A DNA stretch of 64,000 bases from the human T2T-CHM13v2.0 reference genome, Homo sapiens. Below are positions 40,119 to 57,999 of the stretch, one piece after another (position 1 is the stretch's first letter; each line of letters begins with the position of its first letter). The DNA lies in the NCBI RefSeq assembly GCF_009914755.1, contig NC_060939.1. One strand, given 5' to 3'. The translations under genes were made by a program, and so were the position numbers. The notes below the pieces were generated by a model. That model was not told the origin of the DNA. It searched no databases and saw nothing but the letters and a program-made list of their open reading frames with translations.

Positions 40119-40253
40119 TCGCCATTCTAAGTGGTGTGAGATGGTATCTCATTGTGGTTTTGATTTGCATTTCTTGTGCACATGTACCCTAAAACTTAAA
40201 GTATAATAATAATAAAATAAAATTAAATTAAATTAAAATAAAAAATAAAAAAA
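40119..40253 (+). mobile_element. Miniature 5'-inverted (twin-primed) young L1PA insertion
   Basis: TSD AAGTGGGGATGA at 40107-40118 and 40254-40265; antisense ORF2 piece 40119-40174, then sense 3' end tgtgcacatgtaccctaaaacttaaagtata and A-rich tail. Confidence 0.92.
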
Positions 40254-41019
40254 AAGTGGGGATGAGACACTTATTTTTTAAAAATATTTTCAAGTTAAAA
40301 TAGTGAAAATTAACAAAATTCAGAATGATTGCTGGTTATTTGTATTTCTATCTTTTCCTCATTTTATGAAATACAGCAAGAGCTTTTTTCTACTCATGAT
40401 ATAGTTATTATAGTTATATTTTCTTGAATTAATGTATTACACAGGGCTAGTAGTCCCACATGGCATGTGCTAATAAGGTAGTCATTAAATCACAAAGACT
40501 AAGTGAAAACAATTGCTTTCATAACCTTATATTTAATTGCATGCACAGGTGTTTTTGTTTTGTAGAAGAAATTTTAAGTAAAAAGTATGATTAATTCTCA
40601 TGCCATCCCAGAATGCCAGATGAAGAGAATTTTTGCCCAATTTAGAGAGAATAGAGCACACAGTTGTTAAGGTCACGGTGACAGAAAGAAAGTGTTTCTG
40701 ACCTGCAACAGTTTACTTTTCTCCAAATTGCCAAATGACTTCACAGTGGGTTTCAGGGTGGCCACCGACCCGGAGTGTTCCTCTGTATTTATTGTAAACC
40801 TGGTACTGTGGACCCACTCCATATTATCTGTGCTATTTTGTCACAGAAAACCTTATCTTTCTCAGCTGTTACTGGAAGGACTCCTGGAATTATTCAGGAG
40901 TGTTTACTTGGAGCCCAGAAGTGGAATTCAGATTATCTACCAAATCCAAGTAATCTACAATGAGTTCTTCAAGATAGAAATTAGGCACTGCATACAAAGG
41001 AAAGAAACGTCTTGATGAG

Positions 41020-41130
41020 TGGAATAAACACTGAACTAGAAACCAGGAATTGAGGTCCCACTACTTACAAGCTAGATAACCTTGGGGAAGTCGCTCACCA
41101 TGACTGGAACAACTGAACCTCACATTCTTT
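41020..41130 (+). mobile_element. MIR 5' part (host of the L1 at 41131-42600; continues to ~42720)
   Basis: ctacttacaagctagataaccttggggaagtc..gaacctca. Confidence 0.6.
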
Positions 41131-42600
<1,470 letters not shown>

Positions 42601-42889
42601 GAACCTCACATTCTTTAACTGAATATGGAGAAAGTATGCTTGTCTTTTCATCCTCACAGTGTTGGGAAAACCAAATAAATGTGGGAGGATTTTACAGTAT
42701 GTAATGTGGTTCACAAGGGAGAGCCACAGATATTGGGGTTGCTATTATTATTTGGCTTTTACAGTTTGTCAAAGCCATCTTTCTTTAAAGTAGAAATGTT
42801 AGAACCAGCAGAAAAATACAGGTAAACCAGCAGAAATTACTAGAGAGAAATGATTTAGAATTGTGGGTTTAGTCTCTCCAAATTATCTT

Positions 42890-43265
42890 TTACATAATGA
42901 GGTGATACTTTATGAATAATTTTGTATCTGGATTTTTCACTTACTAGTTATGAAAACAATCTATGTCTTTAAAATTTTCTATATGTATAATTTAAAAACC
43001 TTGTATTATTCAAGTTTGTAGATGCCTCATTTTTATAATTTTATTTTTATGCATAAAACTTTGCCTGGATTTCAAATGTTCTAATCATAAATTCCCAATA
43101 AGGACATGATTGAATCAAAATACAGAAACACCATCAATCAAAGCTTTTAATTTGTAATTCCAAGCTGATTTCTTAAAAGCTTTTTATAATTGTACCAACA
43201 CCATCAATTTGTGAGTGTATCTGTTTCAGCACACCCTTATCAACATTGTATATCCCAATGTTTAG
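42890..43265 (-). mobile_element. L1ME-like 3' remnant
   Basis: ccatcaatttgtgagtgtatctgtttc..cacacccttatcaacattg. Confidence 0.5.
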
Positions 43266-43590
43266 GAATAAATGTTGTTGTTTTGTTTTCCATTGTTTTT
43301 GGAAAGGGAGGCAGGCTTAAGGGTAGAGTAGAATTTCTCCATTTATAGAACCCTTATTATGACAATCATTCTCCACGTAATCAAAAGTTTTTTTTTCCTT
43401 TTCCTCTGCCAAATAAAAATGAACATTATATGAAGTTAAGAAACTTATAGTCATGCTGATAGATTTAAAATGAACGTTATGAACATACTTTTATTTTCTT
43501 CTGAAGCATATAGCAGAGATAATAATCACACAAGTGAAGCCGTTTGAATTTTCTAATCTAGGATTTTAGGAAACTAGATAAGGATTTCAG

Positions 43591-44060
43591 TGTGGCAGAT
43601 ACTTTGCTTATCCAGAATCCACATACCCCACGTTTTTCTTAAGAGCACTTTCATGATGCACTTTGGAAGTGCCCAATTTGCCCAGACCTAGTGGCTCGGG
43701 CATGATTGTCCTCAGCCAGTCAGTATAACTCCATTCTCTTTTAGCAGATGATGCTTATTTTTCTGTTTCTCTTAAATTAAGGAATCCATATGTCATCATT
43801 TCTGGCCAGTGACCTCTGAGTGGAAGTCTGAGAAGAAGTTTCTGGGAAGAAGAGTCCTGTTATGTCCTCACTCTGTTGTTTCCTGTGAAGGATACTGGTG
43901 GGCAGAAGGGAAGACTAGATTGAGGCATCCATCTTGACATCATGAGATAAAGACCATCAAAATTCCAGAAGTACCTAAACAAATGCTGGAAGCAATCAAC
44001 CAATGATGAGACCACCTCCCGCCAAGGGTATGTCCAGCTCTTTAAGGTTTTAAGATACTA
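43591..44060 (+). mobile_element. Old MaLR LTR (MLT1I/J-like)
   Basis: tgtggcaga...ttctggccagtga..tgagtggaagtctg..tctgggaa...ccatcttgacatcatgag. Confidence 0.6.
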
Positions 44061-44399
44061 AGAGTCGATTCATAACATTAGTAAAAAAGATATAAACTAG
44101 ATATATGAAATTTGCTAATAATAAACTGGATAGGAAAACACGCCAATAATACACAAATTTGAAAAAAGAAAAGGCAGTCACAATGAAAATAAAGCCATGA
44201 GCCGTCACCTGGAGAAGACAGTTGACCAGCCATAGCTATAAGCTAAGGTTCCCCCAGAATGGGTATTTGCCATAGACCAGGAAATATGCAGAAGTCAATC
44301 AATCACAGAAGTTGAGTATAGAATCAAGATTTACCAAATATTTGAGAGAGGTGATGCGCATGAAAGAGAAATAGAAAATCCAAAATTAAGAATAACTTA

Positions 44400-45700
44400 T
44401 ACCCAGGATAATAAAGGTAATAGAGCAAATATATATTAAAAAAATCTTAAAATAGGAGCTACAGGGGGTATTATGATTGTCATTAAAAAAATAAAAGAAT
44501 ATATGTGAGGAAACAAGTACCAGTAGTAGTGAAAAGAACAAAATAGAGATTTGGGGAGGAAAAGTTAGTCCTGTAATAATTGTCGTACATGTATAAATAA
44601 GCACATTACATGTACAGAATAGCAAATTAGATAAAATGAAGGGCAAATTGAAGAGCTAGAAGGTCAAATTGGGAGACATTTGTAGAACACAGCACAAAAA
44701 GTTAAAGAGAAATAAATGTGTAAAATGAGGTCTAAATATTTTAAAGAGAGATCCAAATTTTCAATGTCTATGTAAAACCGTTTGTATATTGAGTGACAAG
44801 AGAGTGGAAGAGAGGAAAAGATTGAAAAAAACAGTAGCAATAAATATCCCAGAAATGTTGCATAATAAATATATTCATAAACAAATAAATATCATCTGTC
44901 CTCAAGTTGAATGAGTACATGGTACTGAGTGGACAAAATTTAATCACAAGCTAACCAAAAACTCACATTGAGACAACAATAAAATCAAGTTTTATAAAAC
45001 TAATACTGAAAGAAGTAATCTTAGATGCCAGAAGAAAAAGAAAGATTATCTAGAAGGAAAGGGAGGTCAGACTGACACCAGATTTCTCCTTAGCAGTATG
45101 GAGTAAAGAAACCCAGCAAAGTGACATCAAAATTCTGAGAAAGAGTATTTCAAACCTAGCATGCTATACTCAGTCAAACCAGCCAAACTATCATTGGAGA
45201 TTGAAGGGGATAATAAAGTTTCTTTCCGACATAGAAACCTTACAATTTATAGAACTTCTCTGAAATAACCATAAGAGAATGTACTCAAAAATAAAAATGG
45301 AAGAGGGAATATACAAGAATTAGTTTAAACAAATAAATATCTAAAGCCCTATCAAGTTTTTATCACTTGTAAAATTTATTCCACAATAAACTAAGGGGTA
45401 AAATGCCTATGAAAGGAGTGAGGTGAGCACAGAAAAGAAAAGTTTGCTCAGATATAGGATATAAATATTGAGTAAATTCTGAACTGAATACTTCCCGAAC
45501 CCATCATAATGAGAATATCTGGGGAGAATCCTGGAATATATTTTCAGGGAGGACTACACCTATTGACCAAATTAAATTGAACTGCAATAATTTAAATATA
45601 AAAAGGGAGATGGATTCATGAATTTTAGTAAAAAGTAGTAAAAATTGAAAGTAGTATATATGCGTGATAAGATATATACAAAAAAGAATAAAGATTTTTT
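44400..45700 (+). mobile_element. Ancient L1M/HAL1 ORF1-like remnant
   Basis: gtcagactgacaccagatttctc..cagta..aaaattctgagaaa..caaacctag..ctatactcag matches the L1 ORF1 C-terminal pattern. Confidence 0.6.
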
Positions 45701-45899
45701 TCAAACATCTATAATGCTACTATAAAATTTTTAAAAACCACCATTGATACTTGGGAGGTATTTTTTTCTGGAGTCTTTTCTTTGCATATTTTTATCTACC
45801 TGTGATCAGAATGTCTGAAAAATGCTATCAGACATTTCTACTTATTGTTACAATGTTACGTTGTATTTTTGTATCACCTATTTTTTAATATAGCAAAGT

Positions 45900-47190
45900 T
45901 TTGCCTTGTGAATGGGCATCATTTTCTGACTCCTCTTTTATCTCAATATTTCTCAGTTTAGTTGTCCATACTTCCTGTTTCTACACAGATTTCCTTTGGG
46001 GCAGAACATAATCCCATTGGGCTTGTTTCCACCACTTCATTTGAAATGCCTATCGCAGTTATCAATAGCCCTCTATGGCAAGTTTCAAGTTCTGAGCCCG
46101 TCTTACCAGATGGCCTCACAGCATTTGGTATATACACTAAAATCCAAATTTCCATCTCCACCATCACCCCCTAAGCTGAACTTGCATATATATTTCCCTT
46201 CTCAAAATCTCCAATCGGGCATCTGTTAATCCTATCACATATGAGGTATCTGAAACCAACCTCTTGATTTGCACTCCCCTATGAACCTTCCTTTAGTTTT
46301 ACCTATTTCAGTAAATGGCAACCCCATCCACTCCATTGCTCAGGACAAAAGCATCATAGTTTTTTATTATTTCTTCCTCTTATACCCCTGTTCTGAATTA
46401 AACTGTTTCAGGTTGTCACGACAAGGACCCCATCCAAGTCCATGTTAATCCAAGTGGGCAGATCGCTTGAGCCCACGAGTTAGTTTGAGATGAACCTGAG
46501 CAACATGGCGAAACCCTGTCTCTACCAAAAAACACTAAAAATTAGCTGGGCTTGGTGGTGCCGCGCCTGTAGTCCCAGCTACTCAGGGGGCTCAGGTGGG
46601 AGGATTCCTTGAGCCCAGGGAGGGGGAGGTTGCAGTGAGCCCAGACCATGCCACTGCACTTCATCCTGAGTGACAGAGCGAGACCCTATCTCAAAAAAAA
46701 AAAAAAAAAAAAAAAGAAAGAAAAAGAAAAAGAAAACAATAATAAAATGAAAATATAATTATGTTACCCCCAACTTCTGCTAAAAATACTTTAATGGCTT
46801 TTAATCTCCAAATCCAAAACCATCCCCTTGGCTGTACGCCGCTGTGACATATGATCTGGTTACTTCCCTCCTTCACTCCTGCCTTTGAGCCACACTTCTT
46901 GGCTTGCTGTCCCTTGAGCACACCAAGCAAGCTTCCCGTAGTCAAGTCACATACGCTTGCTATCCTCTGTGCCTGGAACACTCTTTCTCTAGATATTTTC
47001 CTTTCTGACTCCCTCACTCTCTTTGGTGTCTTGCCAAATGTCACCTCCTCAGAGTGTCCTTCCCTGACCTTTAGACCTGAAACTAACCACCAATCAGTAC
47101 TCTTCATCCTTTTACGTTTATTTTTATTTTTAGTGTCTGTTACTCTTAAAATTATACATCGTTGTCTCTGTTTCTTCCCTCAAATATAAA
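45900..47190 (+). mobile_element. L2 (interrupted by an AluJ)
   Basis: cagtaaatggcaaccccatccactccattgctcagg; cctctgtgcctggaacactctt; aaatgtcacctcctcagag. Confidence 0.8.
46450..46745 (+). mobile_element. AluJ, 5'-truncated
   Basis: gatcgcttgagccc; gggaggattccttgagcccagg (J diagnostics); long A tail. Confidence 0.9.
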
Positions 47191-47984
47191 TGGTTATTTA
47201 TATTACGAGTGAAGAAATGGAGGTTTTGAGGTGACAATAGAACTATTTGATGTGGGGATGAAACCCTAGATTTTGAAGTCAATAGATGCAGGGAAGAGAG
47301 AGAGACAGAGTTAGTTCAAGAGCATTTTTTTTTAAATGTTTGAAAGTGGAAGACAAAGAACTCTTTTAATTATAAATCACACCTTGGTCCAGTAAGGAAT
47401 GAAAGGTTTGAATTCCAGCTGGTGTCAGGAATTGACCACAGCTTGCTGATACTGTTTTAAATGACTCCAAGTGTGATTTAAAGGCACCAAAGAAGCCAGG
47501 GCAGGGTGGAGGTCACCCTTTCGATGCTATCGGTGATTAAGGTAATTTGGGAGCTGAGTCAAGGAAGGTGTGGTTTGCTGACCCACAAATCCAAAGGGAA
47601 AAGGTAAAACCTTTGAAAATGGGTCAGGGTAAGTATTCCTTTGTCCAATTTGGGGAAAAGGCAAAGTAGACCCAGCTGGACACAATTAAGTCTGCAAAAG
47701 GTCCAAAGGGCCATGAGCAAGAAAGAGCAACAGGTAAAAACTAACCTCTACGCCAACTCTGATACAAACCAGTGAGACCTACAAATGTGTTGTCAATTTG
47801 CATATTTCCAGGAGAGGAGAAGGCAGCCATCCGCACAATGTTAACTGAGGTATATGTTGAGAAGATCACCTGAAATGAAATATGAATCTCATTGAAGGTA
47901 CTCTGAAAGTGCTGATGTTACATACAAGATGGGGACTTCAGTCACTAGCAAGTCCCCAAAGCTTATACCAATGTCTGAGATGAG

Positions 47985-48212
47985 GACCCTGCTCCCGTAC
48001 ACTCCATCCTCCTACTCGTATCTCCTCCACACCAATCATTACACTGTTTTCATCTCTGCTTTTATGACTTTCTTCCTAACCCTATTGTGAGTTCCCTCTC
48101 CCCAAGGCAGAAATCTGTCTTTCATCTACAGATGCCCCAGATGTTTGGATGGTTTTTGGTGTGTAGAAAGTATTCAAAAATATTTGGTCGAATTATTGTA
48201 AATGAATGAAAA
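47985..48212 (+). mobile_element. L2 3' end
   Basis: tattcaaaaatatttggtcgaatt..aatgaatgaa. Confidence 0.6.
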
Positions 48213-48708
48213 CACTCAAATGAAAAAGATCTCATTTCCCATTTTTAGAAACAAATATTTGTCTCTGGCCATATGAATGAGACTCAAATGCTGTCCATAG
48301 AGCAACAGCTTGCCCAGTATTATATATAGGGACAAGGTCTGTATTGTGCAGACGATTTGGATGCTTGTAAGTCACATGCTTGCCATCAGAGAATAGGTGT
48401 GTCCACGAACAAATAAAATGCACCAGGAAATGGGAGTCTCACCTTTGTATCCCAAGGGCCTCCTTTGTAGGTCTGCAAATGAGCTAGAGAAGTCATGTGG
48501 ATTAGAGGATTAATAACAGAAAGATTTCTCTTTGAAAGTACTATTTTAGTTCCTTTTTAAATAATGCATGCTTTCCATGGGAAAAGTAAGAGGGAGAGAA
48601 AATCAAAGTTGTAGTCACTGATATTTCTCTTATCTAGATACAGCAACTGTTAACTGGTTGCTATGCTCCCACCCACTGTGGTATAAATAGAAAAACATTG
48701 TATTTGAC

Positions 48709-48766
48709 ACTGTGTGTGTGTGTGTGTGTGCGTATGCGTTTGTGTCTGCATGCGCACAGGTGTGTA
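48709..48766. repeat. (TG)n with degenerate alternating purine-pyrimidine extension
   Basis: Direct reading. Confidence 0.9.
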
Positions 48767-50592
48767 TACACTCACAGTTCTTTTTTTTTTTATTTTACTT
48801 TAAGTTCCAGGATACATGTGCAGAATGTGCAGGTTTGTTATGTAGGTATATGTGTGCCATGGTGGTTTGCTGCACCTGTTGACTTGTCCTCTAGGGTCCC
48901 TCCCCTTTCCCCCCCACACCCCAACAAGCCCCAGTGTGTCTTGCTCCCCTCCCTGTGTCCATGTGTTCTCATTGCTCAACTCCCACTTATGAGTGAGAAC
49001 ATGCAGTGTTTTGTTTTCTGTTCCTTTGTTAGTTTGCTGAGGATGATGGCTTCCAGCTTCATCCATGTCCCTGCAAAGGACATGATCTAGTTCCTTTTTA
49101 CGGCTGCATAGTATTCCATGGTGTATATGTAGCACATTTTCTTTATCCAGTCTATCATTAATGGGCATTTAGGTTGGTTCCATCTCTTTGCTATTGCAAA
49201 CAGTGCTGCAATAAACATACATGTGCATGTTTCTTTATAGTAGAATGATTTATATTCCTCGGAGTATATACCCAGTAATGGGATTGCTGGATCAAATGGT
49301 ATTTCTACTTCAAGATCCTTGAGGAATTGCCATACTGTCTTTCACAATGGTTGAACTAATTTACATTCCCACCAACAGTATAAAAGCATTCGTATTTCTC
49401 CACATCTCCAGCATCTATTGTTTCTTGACTTTTTAGTAATTGCCATTCCGACTGGTGTTAGATGTTATCTCATTTTGGTTTTGATTTGCATTTCTCTAAT
49501 GATCAGTGATGTGGAGCTTTTTTTCATATGTTTGTTGGCTGCATAAATGTCTTGTTTTCAGAAGTATCTGTTTATATCCTTAGCCACTTTTTGATGGGGT
49601 TGTGTTTTTCTTGTAAATTTGTTTAAGTTCCTTGTAGACTCTGGATATTAGACCTTTGTCAGATGAGTAGATTGTAAAAATTTTCTCCCATTCTGTAGGT
49701 TGCCTGTTTGCTCTGATGCTAGTTTCTTTTGCTGTACAGAAGCTCTTTATTATAATTAGATCTCATTTGTCAATTTTGGCTTTCGTTGCAATTGATTTTG
49801 GCCATTTCGTCATGAAGTCCTTTCCCATGGCTATGTCCTGAATGGTATTGCCTAGGTTTTCCTCTAGGGTCCTTATGGTTTGGGGTTTTACATTTAAGTC
49901 GTTAATCCATCTTGAGTTAATTTTTGTATAAGGTGTAAGGAAGGGATCCAGTTTCAGTTTCTGCATACTGCTGGCCAGTTTTCCCAGCAGCATTTATTAA
50001 ATAGGAAATCCTTTCCTCATTGCTGGTTTTTGTCAGGTTTGTTGAAGAGCAGATAATTGTAGATGTGCCGTCGTATTTCTGAGTTCTCTATTCTGTTCCA
50101 TTCATCTGTGTGTCTGTTTTGGTAGCAATACCATGCTGTTTTGGTTGCTGAAGCCTTGTAGTATACTTTGAAGTCAGGTAGCGTGATGCCTCCAGCTTTG
50201 TTCTTTTTGCCTAGGATTGCCTTCGCTATATGGGCTCTACTTTGGTTCCATATGAAATTTAAAGTAGTTTTATTTTTTCTAATACTGTGAAGAATGTCAA
50301 TGGTAGTTTGATTGGAATGCCACTGAATCTATAAATTACTTTGGGCAGTATGGCCGTTTTCACAATATTGATTCTTCCTATCCATGAGGATGAAATGTTT
50401 TACCACTTGTTTGTGTCCTCTCTTATTTCCTTGTGCAGTGGTTTGTAGTTTTCCTTGAAGAGGTCCTTCACATCCCTTGTTAACTTTATTCCTAGATATT
50501 TTATTATTCTCTTTATAGCAATTGTGAATGGGAGTTCACTCATGATTTGGCTCTCTGCCTGTCTGTTGTGGATGTATAGGAATGGTTGTGAT

Positions 50593-52229
<1,637 letters not shown>

Positions 52230-53923
52230 GATTTTTACGCATTGATTTTGTATCCTGAGACTTTGCTGAAGTTGCCTATTAGCTTAAGGAGCTTTGGACT
52301 GAGACAGTGGGGTTTTCTGAATATAGAATCATGTCATCTGCAACAGAGACAATTTTACTTCTTCTCTTCCTATTTGAATGCCCTTTATTTCTTTCACTTG
52401 CCTGATTCACCTAGCCAGAACTTCCAATACTATATTGAATAGGCGTGGCTAGAGAAGGGATTCTTGTCTTGTACTGATTTGGAATGCTTCCAGTTTTTGC
52501 CCATTCAATATAATATTGGCTGTGGGTTTGTCATAAATAGCTCTTATTATTTTGAGATACGTTCCATCAATACCTAGTTTATTGAGAGTTTTTAACATGA
52601 AGAGATGTTGAATTTTATCAAAGGCCTTTTCTGCATCTATTGAGATAATCGTGTGATTTTTGTCATTGGTTCTGTTTATGTGATGGATTATGTTTATTAA
52701 TTTGCATATGTTGAACCAGGCTTTTATCCCAGGGATGAAGTTAACTTGATCGTGGTGGACAAGTTTTTTGATGTGCTGCTGGATTCAGTTTGCCAGTATT
52801 TTATTGAGAATTTTCATATCCATGTTCATCAGAGGTGTTGGCCTGAAGTTCTTGTTGTTGTTGTGTCTCTGCCAGGTTTTGGTATCAGGATGATGCTGGC
52901 CTAATAAAATGAGTTAGGGAGGAGTCCCTCCCTTTCAATTGTTTGGAATAGTTTCAGAAGGAATGGTACCAGTGCCTCTTTGTACCTCTGGTAGACTTTG
53001 GCTGTGAATCTGTCTGGTCCTGGGCTTGTTTTGGTGAGTAGGCTATTAATTACTGCCTCAATTCCGGAACTTGTTATTGGTCTGTTCAGGCATTAGACTT
53101 CTTCCTGGTTTAGTATCTGGAGGGTGTATGTGTCCGAAATTTATCCATTTTTTCTAGATTTTCTAGTTTATTTGCATAGTGTTTATAGTATTCTCTGATG
53201 ATAGTTTGTATTTCTGTGGGGTCAGTGGTGATATCCCCTTTATCATTTTTATATTGTGTGTATTTGATGCTTCTTTCTTTTCTTATTAGTCTAGCTAAAG
53301 TCCTATCTATCTTATTAATTTTTTTCACAAAAACAGCTTCTGGATTCATTAATTTTTTTGGAGGGTTTTTTTGTGTTTCTATTGCCTTCAATTCTCCTCT
53401 GATCTTAGTTATTTTTTGCCTTCTGCTAGCTTTTGGATTTGTTTGCTCTTGCTTCTATAACTCTTTTATTTGTGATGTTAGGGTGTCAATTTGAGATCTT
53501 TCTTGCTTTCTAATGTGTGCATTTAGTGCTACAAATTTCCCTCTTAACACTGCTTTAGCAGTGTCCCAGAGATAATAGTGCATTGCCTCTTTGTTCCCAT
53601 TGGTTTCAAAGAACTTCTTGATTTCTGACCTAATTTCATTATTTATCCAGTTGTCATTTAGGAGCAGGTTGTTTGGTTTCCATGTAATTTGTTTGATTTT
53701 GAGTGAGTTTCTTAATCCTGAGTTCTAATTTGATTGCACTGTGGTCTGAGAGACTGCTTGTTATGATTTCAGTTCTTTTGCATTTACTGAGGAGTGTTTT
53801 ACTTCCAATTGTGAGGCCAATTTTAGAATAAGTGTCATGTGGCACTGAGAAGAGTGTATATTCTGTTGATTTGGGGTGGAGAGTTCTGTAGATGTCTATT
53901 AGGTCCACTTGATCCAAAGCTGA

Positions 53924-54261
<338 letters not shown>

Positions 54262-57200
54262 TCCTTGTTAACTTTCTGTCTCGTTCATCTAATATTGACA
54301 GTGAGTTGTTAAAGTCTCCCACTATCATTGTGTGAGAGTCTAAGTCTCTTTGTAGGTCTCTAAGAACTTTTTTATTTAATCTGGGTGCTCCTGTATTGGT
54401 TGTATATATATTTAGGATAGTTAGCTCTTCTTGTTTAATTGATGCCTTTACCGTTAGGTAATGCCCTTGTCTTTTTTTACCTTTGTTGGTTTAAAGTCTG
54501 TTTTGTCAGAGACTAGGATTGCAACCCCTGCTTTCTCTTTTTTTTTTTTTTTTTTTTTGCTTTCCATTTGCTTGGTAAATTTTCCTCCATCCTTTTATTT
54601 TGAGCCTATATGTGTCTTTCCACATGAGATAGGCCTCCTGAATACAGCACATCGGTTGGCCTTGATCTTTATCCAATTTGCCAGTATCTGTCTTTTAATT
54701 GGAACATTTAGTCCATTTATATTTAAGGTTAGTATCGTTATGTGTGAATTTGATCCTGTCATCACAATGCTGTCTGGTTATTTTGCACACTAGTGGATGC
54801 AGTTTCTTCATAGTGTTATTGGTGTTTATATTTTGGTGTGTTTTTGCAGTAACTGTTACTGGTTTTTCCTTTCCATATTTAGTGCTTCCTTTAGGAGCTC
54901 TTGCAAGGCAGGCCTAGTGGTGACAAAATCCCTCAGCATTTGGTTGTCTGGAAGGGATTTTATTTCTCCTTCACTTACGAAGTTTAGTTTGGCTGGATAT
55001 GAAATTCTGGGTTGAAAATTATTTTCTTTAAGAATGCTGAATATTGCCCCCTACTGTCTTCTGGCTTTCAGGGTTTCTGTTGAGTGGTCTGCTGTTTGTC
55101 TGATGGGCTTCCTTTTGTGGGTAACCCAACCTTTCTCTCTGTCTGCTTTTAACATTTTTTCCTTAATTTCGACCTTGGAGAATCTCATGATTATGTGTCT
55201 TCAGGTTGATCTTCTCGTGGAGTTTCTTGGTGGTTTTCTCTGTATTTCCTGAATTTGAATGTTGGCCTCTCTTGCTAGGTTAGGGAAGTTCTCCTGGATA
55301 ATATCCTGAAGTGTATTTTCCAGCTTTTTCCATTTTCCCCATCTCCTTCAGGTACTCTAATCAATTGTAGATTCAGTCTTTCTACGCAGTCCCATATTTT
55401 TCAGAGGCTTTGTTCATTCCTTTTCATTCTTTTTTCTCTAATCTTGTCTGAATGCCTTACTCCAGTAAGGTGGTCTTCAATCTCTGATATCCTTTCTTCT
55501 GCTTGGTCGATTTGGCTATTGATAATTGTGTATGCTTCACAAAGTTCTCATGCTGTGTTTTTCAGCTGCATCAGGTCGTTTATGGTCCTCTCTAAACTGG
55601 TTATTCTAGTTAGCTGCTCCTCTAACCTTTTATCAAGGTTCTTAGCTTCTTTGTATTGGGTTAGAACATACTCCTTTAGCTCAGTGGTGTTTGTTATTAT
55701 CCATCTGCTGAAGCCTACTTCTGTCAATTCGTCCATCTCATCCTCTGTCCAGTTCTGCGCCCTTGCTGGAGAGGTGTTGCGATCATTTGGAGGAGAAGAG
55801 GCACTCTGGCCAGTTGGGTTTTCAGTGCTTTCTTTTTGTTGATTCTTTCTCATCTCCACGAGTTTGTCTAATTTCAATATTTGAGGCTGCTGAACTGTGG
55901 ATGGGATTTTTGTGGGTACTTTTTTATTGTTTTTGATGCTCTTGTTGTTGCTTTCTGTTTGTTTTTCTTTAAATAGTCAGGTCCCTCTTCTGCAGGGCTG
56001 CTGCAGTTTGCTGGGGGTTCACTTCAGACCCTACTCATCTGGTTCACTCCTGCACCTGGAGATGTCACTTAAGGAGGCTAGAGAACAGCAAAGATGGGTG
56101 CCTGCTCATTCCTCTGGGATCTCTGACCTCAAGGAGCACCAACCTGATGTCAGTAGGATGGCTCCTATATAGAGTGCCTGACAATCCCTGTTGGAAGGTC
56201 TCAACCAGTTGAGTGGCATGGGGAACAGGACCATTTAATGAAGCACTTTGACTGTCCCTTGGTGGAGAGGGTGTGCTTAGCTGGGAGGAAACCCACTCAT
56301 CTGGGCTGCTGGATTCCTAAGAACTAGCGGGAGGAAAGGCTAAGTCAGCTGGTCCACAGAGACTACGGCCACCCCTTCCCCTAGAAGCTCAGGCCCAGGG
56401 AGATTAGACTTCTGTCTCTGAGCCCCTGGCTGGAGTTGGAGTTCCTGCAGGGAGGCCCCATACAGTGAGGAGGAGGGTCAGGGTCAGGCCTAAAGAGGTG
56501 CTCTAGCCACAGTCTGCCACAGCAGGTGTGTTGGGCTGTGGGGGACACCACTTGGGACCAAGTGTCTAGCCTCGCTGGTGCCAGCAGGGAGAAAGCACAG
56601 CCTGGAGCTATGGAGATGGCTGCCACCACCATTCCTATGCCCAGGGAACTTAGCATGTCAGGCAGCTATCAGCTCCAGTGCTGGTTGCTGCCCCTAATAC
56701 AAGGAGCTCAAATGGCTTAGACAGCAGGCAGCTGCAGCTGTGGTGCTGGTTGCCTCTCCCTCCAGGAGCCCGGAGGATTAACCAGGTTCTAGCTGAGAGG
56801 CTGTTGAGAATCTGCGCGGCTCCAGGGTTGGGAACCTAGGTCCTGGCGGGATGGGTTCACTAGTGCGACCTTAGGATCCATGGGTTGCACAGTTCCGTGG
56901 GAAAAGCGGTTTCCCAGCTGGGAAGCACGCTCACTCACCACCTCCTTTGGTTGTGGGGGTGGGGGCTCCCCTGTCCCGTGTGGCTGTTAGATGAGCCCCC
57001 GCACCACACTGCTCTTCCTTCCTCTCTGTGGGTCATGCCAGCCACCTCCTCAGTTCTGATGAGAGAACCTGGATACCTCAGTTACCCGTGCAGGATTCAC
57101 ACGCTATTATGATTCTTTTCAACAGGAACCTCCTACCACTGCTGCTTCTAGTCGGCCATCTTGGCCCCACCCACTGCACTCATAGTTCTGTCTGTCTGTG

Positions 57201-57359
57201 TCTTCCTAGAGTTTTAAAGTATGCATTTTAAAGTCAGAAAAAACCTGGTTTTTAATCCACCAGTAAGGAAAGATATATAAATCATTATAGATAACCTTGA
57301 TAAAAGGTTAGAGGAGCAGCTAACTAGAATGGTGATAACATACAGCTCCCACTTAAAAG

Positions 57360-57578
57360 TGGACACATGAGGGGGAACAACACACACTGGGGCCCACTGG
57401 TGTGGGTGAAGAGATGGAGAGCTTCAGGAAGAATAACTAATGAATGCTGGGCTTAATACATAGTTAGTGAGTTGATCTGCGCAGCAAACCACCAAGGCAC
57501 ACGTTTACCTATCTAACAAACCTTCACATTCTGCACATGTACCCCGGAACTTAAAATACATGTTGAAGAAAAAAAAAA
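57360..57578 (+). mobile_element. Short 5'-truncated L1PA13-16-like 3' end
   Basis: gggaacaacacacactgggg...ctgcacatgtaccccggaacttaaaata, then A tail. Confidence 0.85.
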
Positions 57579-57999
57579 GGTATAAAACTACTTTGACTTA
57601 TCACTCTCTACCTGGGTTACCCCCAACTCTATAATGAGGATAATAATAGTATGCGTTTCACTTACCTAGAATACCTAGCATAATTAAACAGAATAATTAA
57701 CTTAAAGGATTTAGCAAAATGTTTGCAAATGTAATCTCTAAAATATTAGCTATCTTCATTATGAAAATGAGAATATATTTCAGATTGCTTTTAACCTATG
57801 TTTTTCATAAAATCTCTTGTCATTAAAGTGCTTCAAAACATGCTTTTTCAATTATTGCATAGGACTTCATCATATCCATGTGCCATAATATGGATAACCA
57901 TGTTCTTATCTTTGAAAATATACATGAGTTTCAATCTTTTACTATTGTAAATAGCATTGTAATGGAAAATCTTAATTCTGCCCATGTTGGTGGAACATT

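Noticed and set aside
55900-57174. GC-rich stretch suggesting a promoter or CpG island
   Set aside because: It is the CpG-decayed 5'UTR of the L1PA8A-like element.
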